64,000 nt of DNA from Entomortierella parvispora E1425 (lineage: Eukaryota; Fungi; Mortierellomycota). A model generated the notes under the pieces. It was not told where the DNA came from. It did not search any database and worked only from the letters and a program-made list of their open reading frames with translations. The stretch is from contig BQFW01000013.1 of assembly GCA_020891255.1 (NCBI GenBank), positions 1,426,001 to 1,490,000 of the forward strand, in the 5' to 3' direction. Every line of letters begins with the position of its first letter. Positions within the stretch are counted from its first letter, which is position 1. Position numbers and translations under genes: made by a program. Of the stretch, positions 1-12,261 are shown one piece after another.

Positions 1-996
1 ATTGTCCACTCATGTTCTTGCTCCCATCGCTGTTTTCCGAGGGCAGCTCTTTGATTTCGTCTGACCGAAAGTTCCTGTCGAAGCGACCTGCATAGGCGTG
101 TCTAGATCATTGGGCCTGATGATCTCTCCGACCAACAGGGGTTTTCTTCTTCTTCGCCTCTGGCTTATGAAAGACGCATCGGGTCCATACCTCTACCCTT
201 CTCTCTCTGCTCTCACGACTTGTATTTCTGATTTCTGTTTGTCATCGGCTTCTTCAAATTTATTTACCTCTGACTAGACTTTTATTGCAATAAACACGGC
301 GGCAGTGGATCCTAGCGTGCTTTGACAGCAACGTACATGTACATTATCATTGCTAATTCCACCGCCCGGGTTCAAGAACGGGGTTACCTCTCAACTAGTG
401 TTAGTGGGTTAGTCTGTCAAGTTTGTACCGTCCGCAAAACATCAGTGATGTATCCCCGGGTTTATGAAGTGGCTCTCAAGCTTTGATCCCTAATCCTCGG
501 GCGTCGTTGTTGTCCCTGACACACTTCCCATGAGCAATTGCAATCCAAACACGAGGTCGCATTCACCCACGCTTTGTGTTCAATCTCCTTAGGGGATAAT
601 GGCTAGAGAGTCTAGTGCCCCAAAGTCCCTTGCAGTCCAAAGAATGGGCTGTCCCTGTTGGGCGAACTCATTGAATCGAATGGATGTTCCTTGATAAACA
701 GGATTAAGTGCAACCATGTCCCATCCCAATCGAAGCAAGCCCCTGGCTGTGATGTGGTGCTTCATTGGGTGTCGTTTTGCCCTTTATTTCTTCGCGCATA
801 TGCGAAAACCGTTTGTCCAGCAGAGATCGACCGGAGACCCGACCGACAGTCTGTGGATTTCGGTATAAATACTCGAGACAGGATCCGAGTCTCAACCTCT
901 CGCCAGACAGTCACCCACAGTCCTCCAGCCAGTCCCGTCCGTCTCCTTCTATTCCTCCATCTTTCCTTCTCTCTCTCTCTTCCTTCTTCCCACATC

Positions 997-2488
997 ATGA
1001 AGCTCGTCTCTGTGACCTCCTCCGTGGCTTTGATCATGGCTGCTGGTCTCTCGGTCGTCTCTTCTCTGCCACTTAATATCAACCACTCTCCGCTCAGCCC
1101 TCGTGCGGATACCTGCCCTGTGGACGTTTTATCTTGCTCTTCGGCCTCTAGTGGGGTGCCCGCGTGTTGTCTGCCCTCAATGGGATTGTTGGTTTTGGTT
1201 CAGCAGTGGTACAATGGCCTCGGACCTTTGGATGAGTTTACAATGCATGGTCTCTGGCCAGACACTTGTTCTGGAGGTCAAGGACCAGCCAACGGCTGTG
1301 ATGCCAATCGCATCTACTCTGTACGGATAACAATTGGGGCAAACTTCATTACTGCTCATGTTTTTTCCAAGTCGTCAGATTGTGCACGCTTCTAACAGTC
1401 AAAACCCTTTCCAATCTTCTTTTCTGGTCACCAAACAGGACATTGAACCCCGTCTTCAAAAATACCCCGGTACACCGTCAACCTTCCTCTCAGAGATGCA
1501 CACTTACTGGTCATCTTATAAAGGTGACAACAATGCTTTCTGGTCCCATGAGTGGTCCAAGCACGGCACCTGCCTTTCAACTTTGGCCCCTACTTGTTCA
1601 AGCGACTTTGCTCCGGACCAAGATATTTACAGCTACTTTAGCAAAGCCTTGGAATTGCGATCCAAGTACAACCTCTACCAGGCCCTGGCAGCCAAGGGCA
1701 TCACGCCAGGGTCAAACCCCAATGTGGCAGACATGCACTCTGCCATCCAGGCAGCCTTTGGATTCGATGCCGAGATTAACTGTGTCTCTGGTGTCCTGAG
1801 TGAGGTAAAATGGCGTAGCTTGGAATTGATTTTGTCGATTCCTCTCCCATTGATCCCCCTTAGTTCGCATCTCCTCCACCACCTCTACCTCTTTCTCTCA
1901 TATCTCTAATACTTGCTTATCTGCACCCATCTTTATAGATCTGGTTGTTCTTCAATATTAAGAACGGCAACCAATACGTTCTCACGGCTCCTCAGTCTCG
2001 GGGCTCTTGCAGCGGGTACATCTCTTACCCTGTCAAGTAAGTCTGATGTCTCGCAGGTATTCCATCTCACGCTGTTGTTTTTGTGATTTTTGTACTGACA
2101 ACAATTTTGACGCGACCTCTAAAAAAATCAAAGGAGTGGCTCTGTGACGCCTCCCACCACGACGTCCAAACCAACGAAGACCCCAGCTCCCACTGCCACT
2201 TCGCCTTCTGGCTCTATTCCCACTGGCAAGCAATCTGGTGCTTGCTCCACCAATGGTGCTACAGTCTGTGTCAGTCCCGGCTCTTGTAAGCATAGAGAGA
2301 GAGGGGGGTTATTTTGCCAGCTTTCCTTGGAATGGTGTCTCCTTTTATTAACAATATCCATTGTGTTCTGTTGATTGCCACTAGCCAACCAATACTCGAA
2401 GTGCAATTCTGGACGATGGATCTTGAACCAATGCAAGGCAGGACCTGTTTGCTACGGCGATAGCAACACGTCTACCCACTGCGCATAG
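997..2488 (+). CDS. Secreted ribonuclease T2 with S/T/P linker and C-terminal Cys-rich CBM19-like module (5 exons: 997-1320, 1439-1804, 1939-2036, 2134-2285, 2385-2488)
   Basis: Signal peptide [23 protein letters not shown]; T2 active-site motifs FTMHGLWPD and [12 protein letters not shown]; GT-AG joins keep frame through the [10 protein letters not shown] linker to CSTNGATVC...[21 protein letters not shown]...HCA*. Confidence 0.9.
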
Positions 2489-3408
2489 AAAACTAGAAAG
2501 CTCAAATTACATTTTTTCGATAATATATCCACGCTTTTTCATTTGCAAAAAAAAAAGAAAAAAAAAGATCCAATTCACCAGCAGTGGAAGCATCATGTGA
2601 AGGAGCAATGCTGTAGACAGCATTTCCATCATGGTCCCGGATGGTGTATCCGCAGCGACATGATATTGACTGTAGATTTCACAAAGAACAGACCCCCTAC
2701 CGCTTTGGCCATCCCTTGAGCCAGTCAGATAAGCCTGAAACAGTCGAAGCATGTCTTCGCTGTGTTCGTCTGTTTGCAGACTGGTCCACGGGTAAATGTT
2801 GGGATCTCGTTGCCGCCCCAATCTTGGATTTCTACTCAGTCGAGATCCAACTACAATTCCTACGGCGCTGTCAAGAAACACCGAAGTTGCTCAACAGAGG
2901 AGCTCTGAGGCAGATCATGAGGTGTTGGGAGTCAAGGTGCTTCCAAATGTCGCAATGGAGAAAAGGTGGACGCCGTCGCGCGCGAGTGGAGCTCACCCTC
3001 TTTGCCCCAAATTCCATCCTGCCTGAACAACAGAACAACAGATCTGCTATACTGAGTAATAAATACAATCCTCGGATTCTATGTAACACGTAGGAAATCG
3101 ATCGCGTAGGTGTAAAAAAAAGGGGCAGAGTAGCGCTATGAACACGTCCCACCCCTTTTCTTGCCCCTTGGTCCAGAGTAGCGCTCTGAACACATCCATT
3201 TCCAACATTTCCTCTTTCAACATTCTTCTCGTTCTCTCTTCCTCCTTTCCTAATTTTCCACATATCTCTACGGTCATCCTCAACCCCATCCACTACTACT
3301 GGACCCAGCTCGTATCGACTCGACTATCTCAGCTGCAGATCGGGACCGCACCAACCAACCACTCTATTCGACGACCCGAGACTTTAAAGATTTAGACAGC
3401 CTCACGAC

Positions 3409-3797
3409 ATGGCCGGAGCAGCATCCCCCACCCTCTCGGCTCGCAATGGTAAAGACATTAGACTTTAAAGAGGAAATGCTCCTACTAGCTCCCCCCAAAG
3501 ATATGTTTACCTATCTTGGAGACTGACATTTGTTTTTCGTCTTCATTGGATTCAGCCAAGTTCCAGTCAGGTCCTGGAAAACGTCGCTCATCAGTGCCTG
3601 TGCCTGCCGCCGCCTCGGGACCTTTGGTGGATCGCAAAGGCAGCAGCAGAATCAGCAGCAAATACAGCAGCAAGGGGGCTGTGAACCCGTATGTGGTCAT
3701 CTTTTTATTGGTGGTCATGTCTGGCGGAGCCATCTTCCAAGTGTTAAAGCTCTTTGGTGCCGTGGACCAAGGCGACGAGGACAATATCTACTTTTAG
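3409..3797 (+). CDS. RAMP4/SERP1/Ysy6-family tail-anchored ER protein, 93 aa (exons 3409-3448, 3556-3797)
   Basis: Spliced N-terminus MAGAASPTLSARNAKFQSG resembles Ysy6 RLANAKFNK; basic middle; C-terminal TM VNPYVVIFLLVVMSGGAIFQVLKLF. Confidence 0.8.
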
Positions 3798-4730
3798 AGA
3801 AAGAACGAAAAGAAGAGAGAGGAAAAATCCAATCAACCATGCTTGTCCAGCCCTGGTGCACTTTGTAAATAAAAAGGATAGTCGATTTTGCCACCAATTT
3901 GGCACCTGCCAGAACATGGAATGGGTGTTTCCGGAAAAGACGTCAAGAGGTGATTGTCACTCCTTTTGGCTGCTGTTGATTGTGGTCCCTCAAGACGTCT
4001 AGCTGGAACTGGAAGGGCACATGTCGCACTAAGAGATAACCGATTGTGGAGTTGACCTATGGACGCACCTTATCTAGGTGCTAATCCAGTGGTCAAAGTC
4101 GTTGTTCCCATGAACCACTCGTTTTTGTTCCTGTTTTGTTCCTTATCCACAGGCTCCCAGGTGTGCTGCAACACCAAATCTCGTCATGGCAATGGCATTG
4201 ACAGTGAAAACTAGCCAGCTATAGTCTAGCCGACTCTGTTCTCAGACCAGACTTGTTTCTCAACCTTTCCCACTACCGCGGACCACGGCCTTTCTACCTC
4301 ATCGGGATGCCCCGGGGCAGTTGGCCGAGCAGCTAAACCCAAAAGTGGGTGCAACAAAATGTAAATCCTCCCCGCAATTTTTTGTTCTTCGTTTTGGTTC
4401 GATAACTTCATGAGCACAAAGGGCCAAGCACCCCTACAATTGCAATGCACGCCCAAAAGACACACACACGACAGAAAGGCGGGCAATCGAAGTGAAGACA
4501 TTCATTGAACTGAAAACAAAAAGAAGGTCAAGCCTGGATGGGTCGCAGGCTGCACGGCGATCGTGGAGGGCCTGGCGTGACCCACCTTTCTGTGGAGAAG
4601 ATTGGCCCCCTCGTTTCTCAATAAAAGGGCTGTCATTGCACCCATCGCCTCCGGACTTTTTATTCTTCTTCTCTTCTTTTCTTTTCTTCATTCATAACCA
4701 TACCTTCCGTTTCTCCGCTACATATACATC

Positions 4731-6227
4731 ATGACCCTCACCGCCCCCTCCAACACCATTGTCCCCGTTGAGAAGATCAACGAGACCTTCAAGGAGTATA
4801 TCGGTATGTACAATTGATCTGTTGATTTGTGCTTCTTGCATCCCTGGCTCTTGCTCCTTTCCGCGTTCAAGACCAGGGAGAGGAATGCACCCTCCTAATC
4901 TTTTGCCATCTCAATCGCGCGAGAAAGAGGTCTTGGCATGACATGTTGCTAGATGCAAGATGTCGCCTGGTCATTGTTCATTCGTGGGAAGTTTTGATCA
5001 GCTTACTGACCTGCTCCCTTTTTTTTACTTGTTTCTATCTTTCCTATTCTCCTAAATCGCCTCCTGCATTCCCTTCACGGACACTCCTTTCGCCATATCG
5101 ATCTACGTCAAATACATGGCATTGGACACGATGACATCCTTATCACCTCACCTATCCCCAACTTGGAACCAAATGGCTCTTTATAATAACCAGATCTTGC
5201 CGTCGCCACCCGTGGAGGCAAGATTTTGACACTCACCGACGAGTGGTTCGCTGAGGCAAAGAACCTCTTGACCCCTACCGCCCCCATCTCTGCCCCTGGT
5301 CGCTTCGTCCCCACTGGCGCCTGGTACGATGGATGGGAGACTCGTCGCCACAACAGCCCCAACTACGACTGGTGCGTGATCCAGCTCGGATATGCTGGCA
5401 ACATTGCAGGATTCGAGGTTGACACCGCCCACTTTACTGGAAACCACTCGCCCTTTGTCTCGGTCGAGGGTTTCAAGGAGACTGGCAAGGCCCAGACCCG
5501 TACTCACGAGGAGTGGGCTGCTCTCGAGTGGACCCCCATCTTGTCCAAGGTTGCCTTGAACCCCAACTCTCGTCACGGTTTCAAGCTCGCTGCCCCTACT
5601 GAGGATTACTATACCCACATCCGCTTCTGCATGTACCCCGATGGTGGTGTCGCCCGTCTCCGTGTCTACGGTAACGTCCACCAGGTCCACCCCGAAAACA
5701 AGCACGAGCTTTACGACTTGGCCTCTGCCGCTGCTGGTTCCGTCATCACCGATTTCTCCGATGCTCACTATGGTCACCCCTCCAACATGCTCTTGCCCGG
5801 TCGCGGTCACGACATGTCTGACGGTTGGGAGACCAAGCGTTCGCGTGCTCCTGGCCACGTTGATCATTGCACGATCAAGCTCGGTGCCCCTGGACATGTC
5901 ACCGATATTGAGATCGATACCGCTCACTACATGGGTAACCCTCCCAAGAGCGTGACCATTGCCGGCTTTGAGATTAACTCGGATGTGCCCATCTTGTTGC
6001 TCGACCAGGCCCCCGTTGGCCCTCACCGTCAACACTTCTTCAAGGTCGCCAATGATTTGACGGAGAAGCGCATTGCCCAGGTCAAGGTCATCATGATCCC
6101 CGATGGTGGTATCAAGCGTGTCCGTGTCTGGGGTGCCGCTCAATTGCCTGCTGTCCAGCCTGAGGGTTCCTTGATCGGTGTTCGCCAGGAGTTGCCCGAT
6201 GAGCACACCTGGAACCAGAGGAACTAA
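4731..6227 (+). CDS. DAL2: Allantoicase (exons 4731-4803, 5194-6227)
   Basis: Two allantoicase repeats: DEWFAEAKNLL...WYDGWETRRHN...DTAHFTGN...PDGGVARLRVYG and MSDGWETKRSR...DTAHYMGN...PDGGIKRVRVWG. Confidence 0.95.
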
Positions 6228-6490
6228 AAAGGCTACTACATACTCCCCACCCTGAATTATCATCTTGTACAAAATCGTCAAATAAAACTCAACAATCTTT
6301 AGAAAGAAATCGAGGAACAAGGGATACTGGGAACAAAAGAAAGCCGGAAGCCTATCCATCATACCGAATCCGGGCTGTGAAGGTCTCTATGGTTACGAAT
6401 CTAACACAATATCATCCAATGGAGCAAAAAAAACATGATCGACTTTATTGTATCTATTCATATCTATTTTTTTTATCTTAGATGGGATGT

Positions 6491-7929
6491 TTACAACTTG
6501 CTCTTGCGTTTATATTTGTCGAGCAAGGCATTGACTTTGCTAGGGGCGTCCACATGCTTGATGTTGTGCACGTTTTCCTTGCCTTCGGGCCATCCAATGT
6601 AGGCGGGCATCAAGCTACCCTCGGGGTTGAAGGCCAGTTCATGACCTTCAGGGAAGCCCTTGCTCAAAGAGCTACCACCATCCACTGCCAAGTTGACGCC
6701 ATTAATGTAAGAGGCTGCAGGCGACAGCAAGAACACGACACTGGCAGCAATCTCGGCTTCAGTTCCATACCGTCCGCTTGGGCTCTAGAAGTGACGAGAA
6801 CAACGAAATAATTTGGTCCGAGTTAGTTAGTCCTTTCATATTTTTTCTTTCGTGAGGTACTTGTTTGGATGCAGTATATGCTCTTACCATCCAATCGTTC
6901 GAGGCAATCATATCAACAACGTTCTCGGGGTAGTTCTTCATGCCAGAGCTGACAATGGTTCCAGGAGCAACACAGTTGACACGAATGCCGTTGTAAGGAC
7001 CCCACTCCACAGCAAGGGTCTTTGTCATGTTGATGATACCGGATCGAGCCGCACCAGTGTGGACCATTCTTGGGAAGCCATTGCGGCACTCTGCCACGAT
7101 GTTGACAATCTTGCCTCCGTGCTCGCCCATATATCCGTCAAAAGCAGCCTTGCACATATTGAAAGTTCCATTCAAATTGAGATCAACGACTGTTGCAAAG
7201 CCCTTCGATGAAAGCATGCTTGCAGGCGACATGAATTGTCCTCCAGCGTTGTTCTTATACGAGAATTAAAAACCAATTAGCCACAAAACATAAAATTAAG
7301 CAAGGGCTATGCGCCAAACAAAGAAAGAAAAAGTACGTACGACGAGGCAGGTGAGCTTGCCATGCTTGGCGACAATAGCCTCAATCAACTCCAAAGCTTT
7401 GGCAGAGTCGCGGATGTTGATCTGCATAGCGTCGCACTTGCCGCCCAACTTGCGGATCTCTTCAGCAGTGGCTGTCAACTGGTCCATCTTTCTGGCGGCG
7501 ATCACAATGGTAGCTCCGAGACTGTATTGAGGTTGGAGAAATATCAGAACATGTGCACGGTTCACTTCACAGGACTCTCAATCAAAGAGCTTTTCAGTCG
7601 CATACCTAGCCAGCTCATGGGCGATGCAACGTCCGATACCTAGGACAAGATAGGCGCAGGGTTGGTGGCAATGGTCAGTATGCTGGTCGCTTGCCAATTT
7701 TCTGGGTCTCTGCTTGAGGCAAGCTGGCAGGACTGAGATGGTCGGAGATTAATCCTGCTTACCGGTTCCACCTCCGGTGACGAGCACGACCTCGTTTTCA
7801 AACAGATTCTTCTTGAAGACAGAATTGTAGGCTATGCAGAGATCATTGTCGAGAGGTAAGTCATCGTGCATGCAATGCTCTCTTTTGTCCAGTCACACAA
7901 GCAGCAGTTAGGCATGAAGTACCTGACAT
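6491..7929 (-). CDS. PECR: Peroxisomal trans-2-enoyl-CoA reductase-like SDR with PTS1
   Basis: VLVTGGGTGIG Rossmann motif, NAGGQFMSPA, HTGAARSG, GIRVNCVAPG; ends KRKSKL*; first coding exon is only ATGTCAG (7929-7923). Confidence 0.88.
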
Positions 7930-9215
7930 TGTTGTAGTGTGGTGTGATGTGGTGGCGAGATTATTTGATGAGAAAAGAGAGTGGAGAGAGTGGAGAGAGT
8001 GGACAGAGAGGGAGAGAAACGAATGGGGAACAGCCGAGAAAGAGTGGAGTGACAGCGATGGGGAAAGCGTGGAGAGAAAAGAGATGCGCGTGCTTTGCAT
8101 TGCTCTCCCCCTCTCGGTCCTCCCCTTGTCCACGCTCGATCCATCGCTCATCCATCTTTCGGCTGGCCGGTTCTCCACCTGGATTTCCGTGCTCTCAAAG
8201 TGACAGGGCGGCACAACAGCGTGCACGCGGATCGGGCACATCGCTGGGGCGGGACGCGTACATTCGGCGCGTCGTCTAGAGCCTGAGTCTACTCCACAGA
8301 TGTCGCGGCTGGGCTATCGTCTTTGTTGATGCCTTTCCTCCTCCCAGCGCAGGGGCAGTCGAAGATGCAGGATCAACCCCCAAATCTCTATTCAAGATTC
8401 GTCGGCGCGGAATTTCAGTGGAGCGCTGGACGCATTTGTGGGCAGCTTTCATCCACTACAACTTTCAGGGACTACAACCTTCACCAACAGAGGGGAGGTG
8501 TGGTTGTTCAGACCGGATGGTTCGTTCAGGTGAACCACTTTACGATAATCAATTGGATCTCCACACGTTACTGGACGGAGGAGGAGGAGGAGGGGGGGGG
8601 GGTTTGCATGTATGCAGTGTTGTCCACCACGCCCTGGATGGCATCTTTTGCAGTCAGCTTATTATCCCCTCAAAGGCGTAGTACCAGCCATCAAAGGCTT
8701 GACCTGGGCTGAGCGAGACTCAGGGGTTGGGCAGACCCAAAATAGAGCCCTTAGTGCTTTCGTTCACCAACCCTGTCGCACAATTGGACCACGCTGCAAG
8801 GCGAGATGCATAGCGCATTCTTGCCCTGCTGAAAGGGATGTGCCAGATAGAGACCAGGTCTATTGGGGCCATGGAAGTCTTTTTTCCCTTATTCTTCAAC
8901 TTTGGCCATCCGCCTCATCTTCTCTTCTTTGCCCATTTTTTGCCCTTTATCTATCCTCTTTTCCCTCCTGGCTCTACTCCTGATCGCGATATACACTGAT
9001 CCGCCAGCACTTTACTCGGGGTCTTGTTCCTCTACCTTGGCACCGACACAACCGCAACCCTCTTGCATTCATTGTACCTTACACCATCGTCCAGCACCTC
9101 TCTATTTCTTCTTCTCTTCTTCTGTTCTCGTCCCCTCTTTTGCATCTGCAACATCGCTCCCTAGTCTGCGCGTCCTATTCGAGCTTTGCGCCTACTGGGT
9201 TTTTCAATCAAGGCA

Positions 9216-10559
9216 ATGCTCTACCATCGGATTCAACGCAACCCTCTCTCCATTCTGAGTTGTATCACTTTCTGTCTAGTCCTATTATACCTGTCTCTAA
9301 AAGGTAAAAAGCTTTATTCTTAGGCATTTCGTGCTTCTTTGAGGAATGGGGGTCTTGTTTCCGTGGATTTCGATCATTTCATCAGTCCCTTTACGTCCAC
9401 CCTTCATTCAGCCCATATCGTCGATCAGATGCAGATGATCTTCGCGGGAAAGGAACTGATTTTTTTTTTTTTTTTTTGCCCTTACCTGCCCCTAGCCTCG
9501 GCAGCGCCAATTCCTCCGTCGCTGACGCGACAGCCTTTGCACACCTACAATAATACACATTTCCCGTACGCTGTGCAGGGACCAGCACCGCCACCTATCC
9601 ACAGGGCTGGTGCGGTCCTTGATCAGTGTACGCAGGTCAACTCGTACGCCATTTCATTTGATGATGGCCCCGGTCAACTGTCGGATGAGCTGTTGGATTA
9701 CTTGGAGGACCAACATCTCAAGGCTACTTTTTTCATGAATGGTGACAACTGGAGCTGTATCTATGGTAAGTGAACAATCGTCTTCTCTTTTATTTCTTGG
9801 TAAAAAGGGCACTGGCAATATCATTGCTAATACGATGCGCTCTCGATCTCGTTATTTTCTTCTCAATAATCAGGCTCGGATACACAAAGGCTACTGCGAC
9901 GAGCTTACAATGACCAACATCAAATTGCTGCCCATCCATGGTCTCACCGAGATCTTGCCTCCAGTTCTGAGGCAGAGATTCGTGAAGAAATGGCAAGGAT
10001 CGAACAGGCGTTCCGCGACATTCTGGGTGTTGTACCAAGATACATGCGGCCACCTTTTGGTGAACATGGCGAGCGTGTCCGGAAGATCTTGGAAGATATG
10101 GGCTACGTCTTGATCCTCTGGGATGTTGACCACCATCACCATAAAGAAACTCTAGGGACGAAAGAAAGAAATGTTAGAAAAGAAGGCAGTTTGTCTCTTT
10201 TGCCGACCTTTGGCTCGACTTCGGACGAGTTTCCCATGTCTGGATACCACCATAGCCACCATCGTAGCTCCCTTGACGAGAACAACTTGCAGCAACAGGC
10301 CGACGCAATCGCGTTTAGATCTAAATGGGCAGAGGCCGTCCGAGGAGTTCCTTCATCCCCCCTCGATCGGGATGCGATGAGTCTAAGCGGTGCCTATCAA
10401 GAGGTCACCAGCGCCTGGGCCGTGGAGTATGTCCAAAGTCTTGGGTATGATGTCATGCCTGTGGCGCAGTGCCTCGGCGAAGCAGACCCTCGTCTCTGGT
10501 ACAAGGAAATTGGCCCTCCGGTGGGTCTCGAGACCATTTCACAAAATTGTCGATCATAA
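9216..10559 (+). CDS. Secreted polysaccharide deacetylase (CE4/NodB, chitin deacetylase-like), probably catalytically altered (exons 9216-9303, 9496-9765, 9874-10559)
   Basis: Hydrophobic leader ending KASAAP; motifs SFDDGP, KATFFMNG, HPWSH, RYMRPPFG, LWDVD; C-terminal VAQCLGE typical of fungal CDAs. Confidence 0.85.
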
Positions 10560-10689
10560 AAAATGTATCATAGTCCAGAATCTATCCAGTTATCTTATGA
10601 ACCACCTTCAGTCTTGTTTGAATCATGCATTTTTAGTGGGGAACAAAAAAGGGTCTATAATATTATACAACAGAAGCCTTGCCTTCGCT

Positions 10690-11833
10690 TTACTCGCTGG
10701 CGCCGTAGTACGTGTGCTGAACATCAACAACACGCTTTCCACGACCACGAGCAATCTCCTCGGGCAACTTCTGTTTCGTTCCCAAAGCCTCAAAGGTAGC
10801 CTTGATGACGTTCATGGGGTTACGCGATCCCCAGACCTTGGCACTGATATCCAAAATTCCGATGCAGGAGCAAATTTCGTGAATGTAGTGGTTGCAGCGG
10901 TTACCGAAACCTAGAAGTCGTAAGCATTAAGTTGTCAATAGACCGTTAGTCATCCTCGATTCGTATCTCTAGCGCTGATCTATCCATGGCGACCTATGTC
11001 GATATCATTCAACGGTACCTGGTGGACGGGAGCGGAACTGGATCTTGGTAGCGTGGAACTTGTGGTCGATATCGTGGTAGATGGTTCTGTCATCATAACG
11101 ATCAAAGACAGTCAAGTTTCTCATGGCTCTGTTGGTAGCCTTGCTGACTGCGCGTGCAACCTCATCATCCTTGCCCTCGCCATATCCGGCGATGCCCTCG
11201 CCGTTACCGACGACAACCAAGGCATACATGCTGGGGATCTTTCCTGCGGTGGTCATGTTGGAAGTTCTCTTCACAACCAAGGAGCGCTTCATGAACTTTC
11301 TGAGGTCCTGCTGGGTCAATCCGTGAGGGAGGGAGGACTCATCCACTTCGTCGTCAGCCTGGCTCTTTAAGAGATCATCCAAAGGAGCGTTCTGTGGCCA
11401 AGCACGGGGTGTCTCCAGATCCAAGGCGCCATCCTGATTTGTTGTGCGGGGGTAATGATCCAGCAAAGGGTGGATTTCTGAGAGGTTGTGAAGGGACTCT
11501 GGGTTGTCGAGGCCAGGGACGCGAGCCTTGGTGATGGCGGCAATGGAACTGGGACGCTTACGAGCCAAGGTCACAGCGCCAGCAGTTGTGAATGAACGAG
11601 TAATGAAGGCTAGTTAAGTTTCAAAGAGAAAGGTAGGATGTTAGGGTCCATGGTGGAGGTTTTTGTTGTCCCTGTTCTTGAGCTTGGTCCAGACAATGCA
11701 GCCGATTCAAAGCTCGAGAGCTAGCCGTGGAGATCAGGCCTCGTTGGAGGGTTCAATTACCGGAGCGTGTTGATGCGGTCATAGTCGATGCAGTCGCCGC
11801 GACGCAGCGCTGCCACAATCCTGCAGAAGCCAT
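10690..11833 (-). CDS. MRPS5: Mitochondrial ribosomal protein uS5m (3 exons)
   Basis: Arg/Ser/Ala-rich presequence; VVKRTSNMTTAGK...VVVGNGEGIAGYGEGK; RSRPPGFGNRCNHYIHEIC...GSRNPMNVIKATFEAL. Confidence 0.93.
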
Positions 11834-12261
11834 TTGCCGTGAGAGATGAGATGTGGAGAGGGGAGAGAGAGAGAGAGGAGCAGAAAGGAAGATGAAATGC
11901 ACCGGTGCCATGATGCCGGCCCGGACTCGCATTGAGTCGTGTGCCTGAAAGGAAAGGGGACTGCTTCGTGTTTATTTATGTGGCTTGGCTGGTGCCATCC
12001 GTGACTGGCTGACTGGCTCCTGTGCGTTCTGGCTTGAGACTCGGGCGAAGGACCGAGCCTTCGGCTTTGCTCGACTGTGTCACTCACAGATTTGGCAGAC
12101 CGACCGCAGGTCTACAAAAGGCCACCTCAAAGGGACAGGCGGCCGCTTTTCTTCTTTTTTCTCTTTTGGTTTTGGCTGGACATCCCATCCCGCCTCATTG
12201 GTTGCTACCCCCTCATCCTCTTCCCCATCCCCCTCTCCTTCCTGCAAAGGCACATTTCACA

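Noticed and set aside
1-650. Possible gene fragment at the window start
   Set aside because: No consistent frame or recognisable motif on either strand
5181-6362. 393-aa minus-strand ORF
   Set aside because: Antisense shadow of allantoicase
8300-8900. Several 60-130 aa ORFs and a (GGA)n-G11 run between PECR and the CE4 gene
   Set aside because: Low-complexity promoter sequence with no coding signature
9216-10559. CE4 gene as a PuuE-type allantoinase partnering the nearby allantoicase
   Set aside because: It has a signal peptide and chitin-deacetylase-type DD/HxxxH motifs; PuuE enzymes are cytosolic and metal-independent
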